Shown here: piece by piece, positions 54,841-64,000 of the stretch | Layout of the letters: every line of letters begins with the position of its first letter | Numbering within the stretch: position 1 is the first letter of the stretch | NCBI GenBank assembly: GCA_963818475.1 | Contig: CAWFSF010000003.1 | Location: forward strand, 112,731 to 176,730 | Length of the DNA: 64,000 nucleotides | Origin: Nitrospirota bacterium | Lineage (GTDB): Bacteria; Nitrospirota; UBA9217 | Direction of reading: 5' to 3' | The notes under the pieces: generated by a model | The model's input: only the letters and a program-made list of their open reading frames with translations | Database searches by the model: none | Told to the model about the DNA's origin: nothing | Position numbers and translations under genes: made by a program

Positions 54841-57225
54841 TCACCTTTTCGGTTTTTTTATCTGCGACAATCTGCGGCCAACAGTCTTTTCCGGTTCGTC
54901 AGCTGTCCAGCTCTGCGCGCACTTTCCGCAGAAGCTCTTCCAGCCGACCGGCTTGACCATGACCGGCGTCCCCGGTTCGACCAGGCCCCTCGCCACCATG
55001 ACGTCGGCTGGATAGCCGCTCAGGAACAGGGCCCTGACCTCGGGGCGAAAGATCCTGATCTTGTCATAGGCTTCGCGGCCGGTCTTCTTCGGCATGACGA
55101 CGTCCAGGAGCAGCAGTTTCACCCGGTCCTGGTGTTCCATGAACCGGTTCACCGCCTCCTCGCCGTCGCTTGCCTCGATAACGCTGTAGCCGTACTGAGA
55201 AAGAATGGCGGTCATGACCTGCCGGACGACTTCGTCATCTTCCGCCACCAGCACGGTCTCGGTGCCGCCGATGATCGCGGCGCCCGGCGCGGGAATTCCC
55301 GCGTCCGCTGCCCGCGCAAGGGGCAGATAGACCTTGAAGGTGGTTCCCCTGCCGGGCGCGCCGATGACGCTGATCGCGCCGTTGTGCTGCTTGATGATGC
55401 CGTAGGCGATCGACAAGCCGAGGCCGCTCCCCGACCCCCGCTCCCTGGTCGTGAAGAAGGGCTCGAAGATGCGCGCACGGGTCGCGTCATCCATCCCCTT
55501 GCCGGTGTCGGTCAGCGTGACGACGGCATAGGAGGCTTTCTCCAGGCCGTGCTCTGCGGCAAACGCTGCATCAACGTCCTCCACGTCGGTCTCGATAAAG
55601 AGATAGCCCCCGCCCGCCATGGCCTCCCGCGCGTTCCTCGCTATGTTTATGAGCACCTGCTCGATCTGGACCGCATCGGCCAGGACCGTCGGGTCTTTGT
55701 CCGTCAGCAGCATCTTCAGTTCGATGTCCTCGCCGATCAGCCGCTTGAGAAAATCCCCGACCCGGTTCACGATCTCGTTCAGGTTCGCCGGCACGGGGTA
55801 AAGCAGCTGCTTGCGGCCGTAGGCCAGCAGGCCCTGCGTCAGCGTGGCTGCCCGGTTCGCCGCGGTCATCATCTGCGCGACATAGGTCCGCAGCGGCTCG
55901 TTGTCGGCAAGCTTCGCCATCAGCAGGCTTCCATAGCCGGTGATGGCCGTCAGGATATTGTTAAAATCGTGGGCAATGCCTCCGGCCAGCGCGCCGAGGG
56001 ACTCCATCTTCTGCGATTGGCGCAGCTGTTCTTCGAGCTTCGCGCGCTCCGAGAGGTCGATGCCGGTGGGGATCACATACTCCACCTCGTTCGACCCGTT
56101 CAGCAGCGCCGTGTTTGACCAGGCGATCAGCTTGCGCTTCCCGTCCTTCGTGATCCAGCAGTTCTCGTACCTGCTCGGGAACATGCCGGCGGTCAGGTTC
56201 GCAAAGACGTTCTTGATCCCGGGGACCTGCTCGGGCGGTATCAGGAAATCCCAGACGTGCCTGCCGAGCACTTCCGCTGCCGTATAGCCGCTCACCTCTT
56301 CGCAGGCATGGTTGAACCGGACGATGGTCCCGGTCCGGTCGAGGACCAGGACCATGGCGCCGACGATGTCCAGGACCTTGGCGATGAAGTCACGCTCTTT
56401 TTTGAGCTCCTCCTCGGCTGCGCGGCGCTGCGTCACATCGCGCGTGACCGCCAGCAGCGCGATGATCTTGTTCTTTTCATCGCGAAGCGGCACGGCGTGG
56501 GTTTCGAGCCTCAGCTTTCCTCCTCGTAAACCGACCATCTCGAACTCGAGCCTGCCGGTCTTTCCCTGGAACACCTCATGGAGCAGCGCGGTAAACGGCT
56601 CGCGATGTCCGGCTGCAATGAGCGGCCCGAGAGCATGCCCCCGGACCTGCTCCAGTGAATCGGCCTCGATCATGTCGAGCCCGGCCCGGTTCATCATCAG
56701 CAGCGAGCCGTCCTCGGCGACGAGCTTCACGCATTCCGGTTCCGTATCGATGATGGTCTGCAAAAAGGTGCGGCTGTTGCGCAGCTCCCGCTCCGCCTGC
56801 TCCCGGGCCGTGATGTCCTTGACCATGGAGACGTAGCCTTGCACCGCGCCCGAGGCGTCGCGCAGCACGGACGTGTGCCAGTCGCAGACCAGGGCAGCGC
56901 CGTCCTTGCTGACGCATTTCAGCACCGCGGAGCCGGAATCGCCGTTCGGGAGGAGCGCTGTCTGCAGCGGTTCCGGGGCGGCGTCCTCGGACAGGGACGG
57001 CATCAGGACCGACGCGTGCTTTCCCTCTATCTCGTCAGCGGACCAGCCGAAGATGCGCTCGGCCGTCCTGTTCCATTCGAGCACGAGCAGGTCCCGGTCC
57101 CACACAATGTACCCGAGCGGCATGTTCCGGATCGTGAGCGCCAGCTGCGCCTCGGCATCGATCAGTCGGCCTCGCTTTTCGATGCTCGTCATAGTGCCCT
57201 GTTTTTCATTCGGCGTCATAAGCAA
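54841..57225 (-). CDS. PAS-domain hybrid sensor histidine kinase with C-terminal receiver
   Basis: Three PAS-like modules, HisKA ([12 protein letters not shown]), HATPase (DTGKGM...GSGLGLS) and REC ([10 protein letters not shown]...LLLLDVVMP). An alternative frame near 54945 gives the expected tail [14 protein letters not shown] (stop at 54899), so another indel is likely. Confidence 0.85.
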   Translation of the reverse strand: MLMTPNEKQGTMTSIEKRGRLIDAEAQLALTIRNMPLGYIVWDRDLLVLEWNRTAERIFGWSADEIEGKHASVLMPSLSEDAAPEPLQTALLPNGDSGSAVLKCVSKDGAALVCDWHTSVLRDASGAVQGYVSMVKDITAREQAERELRNSRTFLQTIIDTEPECVKLVAEDGSLLMMNRAGLDMIEADSLEQVRGHALGPLIAAGHREPFTALLHEVFQGKTGRLEFEMVGLRGGKLRLETHAVPLRDEKNKIIALLAVTRDVTQRRAAEEELKKERDFIAKVLDIVGAMVLVLDRTGTIVRFNHACEEVSGYTAAEVLGRHVWDFLIPPEQVPGIKNVFANLTAGMFPSRYENCWITKDGKRKLIAWSNTALLNGSNEVEYVIPTGIDLSERAKLEEQLRQSQKMESLGALAGGIAHDFNNILTAITGYGSLLMAKLADNEPLRTYVAQMMTAANRAATLTQGLLAYGRKQLLYPVPANLNEIVNRVGDFLKRLIGEDIELKMLLTDKDPTVLADAVQIEQVLINIARNAREAMAGGGYLFIETDVEDVDAAFAAEHGLEKASYAVVTLTDTGKGMDDATRARIFEPFFTTRERGSGSGLGLSIAYGIIKQHNGAISVIGAPGRGTTFKVYLPLARAADAGIPAPGAAIIGGTETVLVAEDDEVVRQVMTAILSQYGYSVIEASDGEEAVNRFMEHQDRVKLLLLDVVMPKKTGREAYDKIRIFRPEVRALFLSGYPADVMVARGLVEPGTPVMVKPVGWKSFCGKCAQSWTADEPEKTVGRRLSQIKKPKR

Positions 57226-57247
57226 AGGTCCTGTGCGGTTTGTTATT

Positions 57248-57276
57248 GTAGGGGCGGGTTTAAAACCCGCCCCTAC
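57248..57276. repeat. Solo REP-like palindrome GTAGGGGCGGGT-ttaaa-ACCCGCCCCTAC
   Basis: 12-bp perfect arms with the same GTAGGGGCG...CGCCCCTAC termini as the hairpins in and next to the Y1 transposase at 14.7-15.0 kb. Confidence 0.6.
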
Positions 57277-57357
57277 GAGGGCAAGGCCATACTGAAAATA
57301 TACCAGAAAAAACGCTATTTGGCGCAGGGTGTTGCCTTCTTGACGGGGTGGGAAAGC

Positions 57358-58131
57358 TCAGAGGGAGAACAGGTCGGAGACAGCGTAGCGGTCGGCAGTA
57401 TAGAGCCTGATGTGCCCGGCAACAACTTCGCGGTGGGTCTTGAGTGCCACGTCGGGCCGGTTGTTCTTGTCGGAAAGATGGGACAAACAGGCCCACTTGA
57501 GACGGCCTGCTTCGCCGGCGCGGCGCAGGACCTCGGCAGCCTCGTGGTTCGAAATGTGGCCCTTGGGACCCTTGATCCGCTGTTTGAGAAAAGCGGGATA
57601 GGGCCCGTTAGCAAGCATGTCGGGATCGTAGTTGCTTTCGAGGAACACCGCGTCGAGGGAGGAAACGAGGTGAATGAGGTCTTTGAACACGTGGCCCAGG
57701 TCGGTCATGACGCCCAGCCGTTTTGCGCCCGCCTCGATCACAAAGACCGAGCCGTCCACGGCGTCGTGCGGCGTCGAGATGGTGTGGACCTGGACCTCGC
57801 CGAACTTGAGCCGGTCGCCCGACCGGAAGGAACGGACATCCTTCAGCTTGCCGAGCGTGCTGCTGCGCGACGCTGCCGCGGCGAGCGTTGCCGGCGTGAC
57901 GTAGATCGGCAGGCCGAACTTGCGCTGGAACACGCCCGCATGGCCGATATGGTCGCCGTGGTCGTGCGAGATGATGACCGCATCCACCTTCCGGATGTCG
58001 CGGCCGTGCTTTGCCAGCCGCTCGGCGGCCTGAACGCCGGTGATGCCCGCGTCGAGCAGAAGCCTGACGCCGCAGGTCTCGACGTAGATGCAGTTGCCGC
58101 TGCTGCCCGACTGGAGTGAGATGGCGATCAT
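57358..58131 (-). CDS. MBL-fold metallo-hydrolase
   Basis: MIAISLQSGSSGNCIYVE...DAVIISHDHGDHIG (HxHxDH). ATG 58131 is preferred over 58167. Confidence 0.75.
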   Translation of the reverse strand: MIAISLQSGSSGNCIYVETCGVRLLLDAGITGVQAAERLAKHGRDIRKVDAVIISHDHGDHIGHAGVFQRKFGLPIYVTPATLAAAASRSSTLGKLKDVRSFRSGDRLKFGEVQVHTISTPHDAVDGSVFVIEAGAKRLGVMTDLGHVFKDLIHLVSSLDAVFLESNYDPDMLANGPYPAFLKQRIKGPKGHISNHEAAEVLRRAGEAGRLKWACLSHLSDKNNRPDVALKTHREVVAGHIRLYTADRYAVSDLFSL

Positions 58132-58320
58132 GGTCGGCACTGTAACAGGGCATCGGAAGATTGTCAACGGGGAATGCGGGGGATCAGCCGGAAAAGAGCA
58201 TTTGGACGCGGATAAAGACAGATAAACATTTTGAGACTAAACAGGTAACGTCTCTCTTCGGGCGGGAGGCAGTGCAGATAGATCATCGTCGTCCTGATGT
58301 CCGCATGGCTTAGGAGCGTC

Positions 58321-58455
58321 TGGATCGTGCGGAGGATGAAACACGGATATACCCTGAAAGAGATTGCCGATCATATAGGAATACACTATACTACCGTCAG
58401 TAAAGTAGTGAAGGGTTTTGGAGAACCACAATCAAATTTACGAATGATCGAATAG
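58321..58455 (+). pseudogene. Possible C-terminal HTH remnant of a Y1-transposase-like gene
   Basis: The translation ...MKHGYTLKEIADHIGIHYTTVSKVVKG... parallels the C-terminus YGYTQRAIADHLGMHFTYVSQLMKK of the 32975..33820 transposase. There is no upstream catalytic part. Confidence 0.3.
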
Positions 58456-58478
58456 ACTTTTTAAGCGAAACACCCTCG

Positions 58479-58859
58479 ATGACCAATCACGAAGAACAAA
58501 CAATAAAAGCATTCATCCTAAAAGAGAAAAGCGAACGTTATCTCTCGTTTTTGAGCAATAAAAAGCGAAGAAAGGAAGTTCTAGACCGACTTAATCATTG
58601 TAAGGATTTTGATGAACGCTTTGTTCAATGGTTGCCGAGCAATGCAGATGTAGTCAAGATTCTGTTGCAAGCCGGATCACCGGCAGAAGTATATGTGATT
58701 TCGGATAGCAAGCTAGACGGCAAGGTTATGCCTCTTCCCGATGCAATCCATGAAACTTCAATGAATGGATCGGGCACTATAGTATCGTGTATACCGGGGA
58801 AATTAGCCTATTACTACGATGAGGTCGGCGAACGCCGTGGGCTATTGAAGAGAAGCTAA
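58479..58859 (+). CDS. Hypothetical protein
   Basis: 126-aa ORF in an AT-richer patch. I recognise no motif. Confidence 0.35.
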   Translation: MTNHEEQTIKAFILKEKSERYLSFLSNKKRRKEVLDRLNHCKDFDERFVQWLPSNADVVKILLQAGSPAEVYVISDSKLDGKVMPLPDAIHETSMNGSGTIVSCIPGKLAYYYDEVGERRGLLKRS

Positions 58860-58924
58860 AGCCTAACACTCGCGTCGAGAGGGTCGCGAAAACCGCGCCT
58901 CTCACGCGCTCGTTATGCGAGAAT

Positions 58925-59827
58925 TTGAACAAATGGAATACAGAAGGAAAACCCACAATGTCGGTCACGACCAAACTCACCCTTACTGATAATCTGCCAC
59001 TTACCTGTTCACGTTCAGGCACCTGCTGTCATGGCAAAACTGTCAGGCTGAACCCGTGGGAACTGGCGTGTCTGGCTGAAGCAAAAGGACTGACCCCGAG
59101 GGCGTTTCGTGATCGTTACTGCGATTTTGGCGGCATCCATTTGCGTTTTGATGGCGCACCCGGCTGGAGACAGCAGCCGGCGTGCAGCCAGTATGTACCT
59201 GATTTTGGATGCAGCGTGCATGTGGGGCGACCATTGGCCTGCCGGTTATATCCTCTTGGCCGCCAAAGGCAGGGCGAGGAACTGCACTACATGTACCAGG
59301 GGAGTGATTTACCCTGTATGGAAGGGTGTCCGGAAGTTTTAGATTTACCTCAATTGAGTGTCGCCGCCTACATTGAAGGACAGGCCGCGAAGCGCTTCGA
59401 AGTTGCTCAGGATGAGTATCTCGAACTGATGCAAAATTTAGCTGACAGCGCTTTCGCCCTTCTGCTGGAAAGTGGTTTGGCCGAATCGGGTGACCGGCAG
59501 ACATTGCGTCTCTGGCGAGAGATGGGTAGAGAAGAGCCCGAACAATTGCAGGACCGGCTTGGTCCCGAGTGGATCGACCTGCTGATGCTCCCTGAGTTAA
59601 CGGATGGCTTACATGATCCCATAGCTTTTTCCCGCCGGCATCACGATCTACTCCTCTTGAAAGCTCAAGAATCATTTGGCACACTGGACAATGTCACCGA
59701 TTTCTGCAAAGCATCGGAATTATTGATGGGACTGGCGCTGCACCTTGGCCGTGGTCTGGGCGCAAATCCTGCCGAACTGGCCGAACACTGGATCAAGACT
59801 GCAAAAGAACATGGGGCGCTTGACTAG
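58925..59827 (+). CDS. YkgJ-like Cys-cluster (putative Zn/Fe-chelating) protein
   Basis: N-terminal LTCSRSGTCCHGKTVRLNPWE plus later CSQYVPDFGCSVHVGRPLACRLYP resemble the CxxCxxCC family. The start may be ATG 58959. Confidence 0.45.
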   Translation: MNKWNTEGKPTMSVTTKLTLTDNLPLTCSRSGTCCHGKTVRLNPWELACLAEAKGLTPRAFRDRYCDFGGIHLRFDGAPGWRQQPACSQYVPDFGCSVHVGRPLACRLYPLGRQRQGEELHYMYQGSDLPCMEGCPEVLDLPQLSVAAYIEGQAAKRFEVAQDEYLELMQNLADSAFALLLESGLAESGDRQTLRLWREMGREEPEQLQDRLGPEWIDLLMLPELTDGLHDPIAFSRRHHDLLLLKAQESFGTLDNVTDFCKASELLMGLALHLGRGLGANPAELAEHWIKTAKEHGALD

Positions 59828-59882
59828 CGGCATCTGGACGGGGAACCTTCAAATGGTATCATAAACTGCTAGCGTGCACACG

Positions 59883-60977
59883 CTACCGCTCTTTCACCAC
59901 TGCTTCGACCTTCATCTCCCTGCCATCCCGCAGGAATAGAATGCTCACCCGGTCTTCCGGCTTCAAGGTCTTCAGGAGATCGGAAAATTCTTTCAGTCCG
60001 CTGATCGGCACGGTGTTGATCTTGACGATCACATCGCCCTCCTGCATTCCCGCGGCTTCTGCCGGAGATCCGGGTACCACGCCGGAAAGCCTGAACCCTT
60101 TGCCCTGATACGCAAAATCCGGGATCGTGCCGAGGCTCACCTTCCGTTCTGTTTTCGTTGAAGCCTTGGCGTTGGCCGGGGCTGCACCCGATCCGGTCAG
60201 CGGTTCCGGCCTGCCCGCAAGGTACTCGACTGCTTCTTTGGCAACGGCCGCCACTTTCACGAGCCCGTCTGCATCGATCTTGTCGGACGTGTCGGTTGTG
60301 CGGTGATAATCAGGATTGGGGCCGGAGAAAAGCTGGACCGCGGGCACGCCCTTTTCCTGAAAGCTCTTCTGGTCGCTCGAATCCAGCTCCTGCGACACGG
60401 TCTCGATATCGACGCCTGTTACGAACCCTGCTCCCCGGAAGATATGGACCCACTCTTTTGCCGAGCCCGCGCCGAGCACCAGGAGCTTCCCCTTGCCGAG
60501 CCTGCCGACGGTGTCGAGGTTCACCATGCCGATGCATTTGTCCGCGGGATACTTCTTTTCATTCACAACGTAATACTGCGAACCCCGCTTTCCCGCTTCC
60601 TCTCCGGTAAAGGCGACGAAGACGATGGTGCGGTCCGGCTGCGGTGCTTTGGCGAGGACGCGCGCAAGCTCGATCAGCACTGCCACGCCGCTTGCGTTGT
60701 CGTCCGCACCGGGATGGACCCTGCCCTTCTGGCCTTCCCGTGCGTCCGGCCAGCCGAGCCCCAGGTGGTCGTAGTGCGCTCCGACCACGACGCTCTGGCC
60801 TGCCATGGCCGGGTTCTTTCCCGGGATGATGCCGATCACGTTCTTCATGACCGCCTTGCGCATCGGCTCTCCGCCGCTTTCTTCCCAGGCCTGGAACCAG
60901 GTATTGTCCCTGATCGCCGGCCGGCAGCAGCCCGGCCTGCTTGAACTGCTGCGCAATATAATCGGCTGCCTTGTCAA
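59883..60977 (-). CDS. M28 aminopeptidase + PDZ module (C-terminal part of the same gene)
   Basis: VVGAHYDHLG, HPGADDNASGVAVLIELAR and FTGEEAGKRGSQYY are the M28 metal ligands. The PDZ domain is GVVPGSPAEAAGMQEGDVIVKIN. Confidence 0.75.
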   Translation of the reverse strand: MTRQPIILRSSSSRPGCCRPAIRDNTWFQAWEESGGEPMRKAVMKNVIGIIPGKNPAMAGQSVVVGAHYDHLGLGWPDAREGQKGRVHPGADDNASGVAVLIELARVLAKAPQPDRTIVFVAFTGEEAGKRGSQYYVVNEKKYPADKCIGMVNLDTVGRLGKGKLLVLGAGSAKEWVHIFRGAGFVTGVDIETVSQELDSSDQKSFQEKGVPAVQLFSGPNPDYHRTTDTSDKIDADGLVKVAAVAKEAVEYLAGRPEPLTGSGAAPANAKASTKTERKVSLGTIPDFAYQGKGFRLSGVVPGSPAEAAGMQEGDVIVKINTVPISGLKEFSDLLKTLKPEDRVSILFLRDGREMKVEAVVKER

Positions 60978-61701
60978 GCCCCGGCGTGCCGAACCCGCGG
61001 CCTTCGAGCTCCTTATCCGACAGATATTGCACCGTTTCCATCATCGCTTCTTTTGAGAAGACCGCGGGCAGCACGGCCAGCGGCTCTCGCGCAGCCAGTT
61101 TGCCCATCTCGACCCTGCGCACCTTTCCGTCGACATCAGGCAGCAGCACGGTCAGGGGGGAATCGACGACCGGCCATCGTCCTTTTGCCACATTGGCGGG
61201 TTCGGCTCCCTCGAAGGCGAGGTAGCTGTACTTGTGATAGTGCGGCAGCTTCCGGCCGAGGCCGGGCAGGGCGTCCGCGCGGTCCGCTGCAATGAACAGC
61301 AGGGCGAGGTCCTTGTTCTTCGGAAGCCGCGCGGAAAACACAAATGCATGTCCGTGACCGTCGATCTCCGTCTGGCTGATGCGCACAGCCTGCGGGCTCA
61401 CGAGCACATCATATCCTGACAGAGCGGCTGTCGCTTCGTTCAGAAAACGGTTCTCCCATCCAAGAAGGGTCACGGCCCGGTCCGCGGGAAGGGCCGCTAC
61501 CTCTGCGTCAAGCTTAACCTCGACCTCGTCCGGCCCGGACCTGCCGATGGACTGCGGCAAGCTCGCGATAGGCCTGGAGCAGTTCCTTCGGCGCGGACGA
61601 CGGCAGGAGGACCAGCATCTTTTTTGCGCCCAGCGCCTGCGACATGGCAGGCGGCAGTTCCTCGCGATCAAGCCTGCGGAACAGGTCGAACTCCGGATCA
61701 A
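60559..61701 (-). CDS. Middle segment of the same peptidase gene
   Basis: The readable part (...VKLDAEVAALPADRAVTLLGWENRF...YLSDKELEGRGFGTPGLDKAADYIAQQFKQAGL) links the M1 and M28 modules. Both ends of this ORF are out of frame. Confidence 0.55.
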   Translation of the reverse strand: MIRSSTCSAGLIARNCRLPCRRRWAQKRCWSSCRRPRRRNCSRPIASLPQSIGRSGPDEVEVKLDAEVAALPADRAVTLLGWENRFLNEATAALSGYDVLVSPQAVRISQTEIDGHGHAFVFSARLPKNKDLALLFIAADRADALPGLGRKLPHYHKYSYLAFEGAEPANVAKGRWPVVDSPLTVLLPDVDGKVRRVEMGKLAAREPLAVLPAVFSKEAMMETVQYLSDKELEGRGFGTPGLDKAADYIAQQFKQAGLLPAGDQGQYLVPGLGRKRRRADAQGGHEERDRHHPGKEPGHGRPERRGRSALRPPGARLAGRTGRPEGQGPSRCGRQRKRRGSADRACARPRQSTAAGPHHRLRRLYRRGSGKAGFAVLRCE

Positions 61702-61829
61702 TGTCGAGCCTCACCGGACGGCCCGGCAGCCGGAGGTTCATCTCCAGTTTTTTCTCCCGCATCTCCACGACCGTCTGGAACGCCTTGTCTTTGCCCGCCC
61801 ATGGTCATCGCGCAGCGGGAACGCGCAGA

Positions 61830-63255
61830 TCATAGGCTTCGCCCGGCTGGGTCTGTTCGAGCCGGGCTGAAAGAATGAACCCGTCCTTCACGGCAAGCGC
61901 ATTGGCTTCGCTCACCTTGATGGCCGGCGCGCCTGTTCTGCGCGACCCATTGTTCGAATTCCTGCGCCAGGTCTTTTCCCGAAGCTGCTTCGAAGCTCGT
62001 GCGCAGATCGTCAAAACCCGCCGAACGGAACCGGTAGTTCGTATAGAAACCCCGGATGCCCTGTTTGAAGACGTCGTCGCCCAGCTCGAGCCGCAGCATG
62101 TGGAAGAACATGAGCGACTTGCCGTACCCGATCGCTTCAGAGGACGAGCTGTGGCGCGAACGGAACTGCGTGAGCGGAAAGTCCCTGTTGCCGAGCACGT
62201 AGTCAGCATACTTCTGGAGGGTGTTCAGCCGGTACTCGGCCCCGCCGCCCTGCTGCTCTTTCATCAGATGATCGGCAAGATAGGCGGTGAGGCCTTCGGA
62301 CCAGTTGCCCTTCTCGTACTCCGGGAACACGCTGTTGCCCCACCAGTTGTGCAGGATCTCGTGCGGATAGGAGGTGTTGATGATGAACGGCAGACGGATG
62401 ATCTTCGGCCCGAGCAGCGTGAACGACGGCATGCCGAAGCCCGTTTCCCAGAAGTTCTCGACCAGCGCGAACTTCTTGTAGGGATAGGGGCCGATGAGCT
62501 TGTCGTACAGGGCGAGGTAGCTTGCGGTGGCGTCGAGATATTTCCCGGCCAGGCCGGGGTCGGGCGTGCGCAGGAATGCCATGGCCTCGGCAGGGCCCGC
62601 GGGCTTGTCGTATTCAATGAACTTCGCGGCAACGAGGTAGATCTCCTCCTGCGGTTCCGAAGATTGCCAGCGGACCGTGGTCTTTTTTTTCTTCAGCTCG
62701 TGGAGCGTCCGTTCGCCCTGGCTTACGGCGTCCCAGTTCTCCGGCAGCGCGACCTCGAGATCAAAGGTCATGAGGCCCGTGCCGAAATCGGGATACCAGT
62801 TCGTGTTCCCGGACAGGACCACGCCGTCACTCGTGATCAGCCCCGGCGAATCCTGGAACCCCCGCGCCTGTTCCGCGCCTGCGGCCTCCAGCGGATGATC
62901 GATGACGCCGCTGTACCGGAGCGTGAAGCGTGCGCACTGCTGCCGGAAAGCGCACCCGATAGACCTCGACAGGAACGGCACGGGTGATGCTCGCCTCTTT
63001 CGTGATCTTCACTCCCCGGGTCGCTGACGCGGGCTTGAGACCGGCATGGAGAACAAAGGTGATCTCGTCCGGGGTGCCGGCAGGAAGCGTGATCGTGTCG
63101 ATGGCGCTTAGGCGATGCCTTTCCGGCGAGAGGGTGACCGTGAGGTCGTGGTGAATGTATGCGTCGCGCGCAGAAGCCTGTCCGGACAACGGAATCAGGC
63201 CGGCCAGGACAACGAACACCAAAAGATGGATTGGAATATTTTTCTTCATAACCAC
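61830..63255 (-). CDS. Secreted M1-family zinc aminopeptidase module (N-terminal part of a frameshifted M1+M28+PDZ gene)
   Basis: ORF 62827..63255 (signal peptide MKKNIPIHLLVFVVLAGLIPLSG) joins ORF 61830..62981, which contains HEILHNWWGNSVFPEYEKGNWSEGLTAY (HExxH-x18-E). Confidence 0.75.
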
Positions 63256-63316
63256 GTGGATGGCGCTGACCGCCAGAGGGTTCCCGGAACCATCCTCCTT
63301 TGGTGGTGCCCGAAGA

Positions 63317-64000
63317 TCAGGTTAACAACGTGTGCAGGATTTTATTTAATTCAGCTATGTCATAGGGCTTCTTCAGGACTTCGGTGAATCCCTGCTCGCG
63401 GTAGTCCGCGGTAACGGCATCATCGGAATAGCCGCTGGACATGATCGCTTTGACGTTCGGGGCGAACTCACGGAGTTTTTTAACGGTTTCCGCCCCTCCC
63501 ATGCCGCCGCGGATCGTCAGGTCGAGGATGACGATATCGAACGGCCTGCCAGCTCTGGCTGCTTCCTGATACTTGGCCAGCGCCGCTTCGCCATGGGCTG
63601 CGACCTCCACCTCATGCCCGAGCGCGCGCAGCAACTCCCTCGCGAGGCTCCTGATCAGTTCTTCATCGTCCATGACCAGGATCCGCCCTTTTGGTGCCCC
63701 TGCAGGCGACGTCCAGCCAGTGGTCTCCACTACCGACCTGGCCGTCGTGGCGGGGATATAGAGTGTGAACAGGCTCCCCTTGCCGGCCGCTGATGTGACC
63801 AGGATCTCTCCCGCGTGATTCCGGATGATCGAATAGGAGGTCGCCAGCCCGAGGCCGCTCCCTTTGTCCTTGGTGGTGAAATAGGGGTCGAATATCTTGT
63901 TCAGGTAGCCCTCCGGAATGCCGACACCATTGTCCTCGATCGTGAGAACGACATAGTTGTCCTGTGCAAGCGTGGACGGCAGCGATCTGTCGTCGGCGGC
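63317..64000 (-). CDS. Hybrid histidine kinase, C-terminal HATPase + receiver (5' end outside the window)
   Basis: The frame stays open upstream of the GTG at 63730: ...LTIEDNGVGIPEGYLNKIFDPYFTTKDKGSGLGLATSYSII (HATPase G-boxes). The REC domain follows, ILVMDDEELIR...VILDLTIRGGMGG. Confidence 0.75.
   Translation of the reverse strand, partial: AADDRSLPSTLAQDNYVVLTIEDNGVGIPEGYLNKIFDPYFTTKDKGSGLGLATSYSIIRNHAGEILVTSAAGKGSLFTLYIPATTARSVVETTGWTSPAGAPKGRILVMDDEELIRSLARELLRALGHEVEVAAHGEAALAKYQEAARAGRPFDIVILDLTIRGGMGGAETVKKLREFAPNVKAIMSSGYSDDAVTADYREQGFTEVLKKPYDIAELNKILHTLLT

Noticed and set aside
56839-58119. 426-aa plus-strand ORF spanning the kinase N-terminus and the MBL hydrolase gene (similarly 61875..62987 + and 53147..53944 +)
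   Set aside because: These are shadow ORFs antisense to well-supported minus-strand genes in GC-rich DNA.

Overview
This window reads as a GC-rich bacterial chromosome, probably from a metagenome assembly, interrupted by AT-richer accessory segments.

(1) 0.9-19.3 kb. A very large DUF2339-type polytopic membrane protein gene (15332-19318) is separated from a DUF3999-like secreted partner (869-2844) by about 12.5 kb of accessory DNA. That DNA carries:
- VapBC and BrnTA toxin-antitoxin pairs.
- A Hint-domain secreted protein.
- A broken alpha/beta hydrolase and a PIN-like (DUF4935-like) protein.
- An AAA+ ATPase plus S8 subtilase pair with IetAS-type defence architecture.
- An accessory signal peptidase I.
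- A 2.3-kb cassette (DUF1353 protein, lipoprotein, REP-associated Y1 transposase) bracketed by a 97-nt direct repeat of the DUF2339 3' end.

(2) 19.4-32 kb.
- An OsmC, cupredoxin, extremely Met-rich secreted protein and membrane-anchored molybdopterin oxidoreductase cluster, with a tmRNA-derived sequence fragment embedded in it.
- A protease gene of about 6.2 kb encoding an S8 domain followed by a long array of Ig-like repeats, with near-identical 658-bp tandem units.
- A secreted prenyltransferase-like alpha/alpha-toroid protein.

(3) 32.1-46.0 kb. An integrase-less island abuts the 3' end of ssrA (tmRNA, 46037-46388, minus strand). It carries a Fic remnant, a Y1-transposase unit with 18-bp terminal inverted repeats, an orphan nucleotidyl-cyclase-like protein, a complete type I R-M system (hsdM, half-size hsdS, hsdR), a DUF4268 nuclease-like protein, a degraded IS1182-family transposase, a HEPN protein, a Phd-like antitoxin and a PIN protein.

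(4) 46.4-64 kb. Housekeeping genes: yggU, divIVA, yggT, proC, yggS, pgeF, a B12/radical-SAM protein, cysteine synthase, a UV-endonuclease-like glycosylase, PAS hybrid kinases, an MBL hydrolase and an M1+M28+PDZ peptidase. Several families of hairpin-forming repeats fill the intergenic spaces.

Caveat. Many conserved genes carry single-nucleotide frameshifts, so assembly indel errors are more likely than real gene decay. Pseudogene calls should be read with that in mind. No rRNA, tRNA or CRISPR array was seen.
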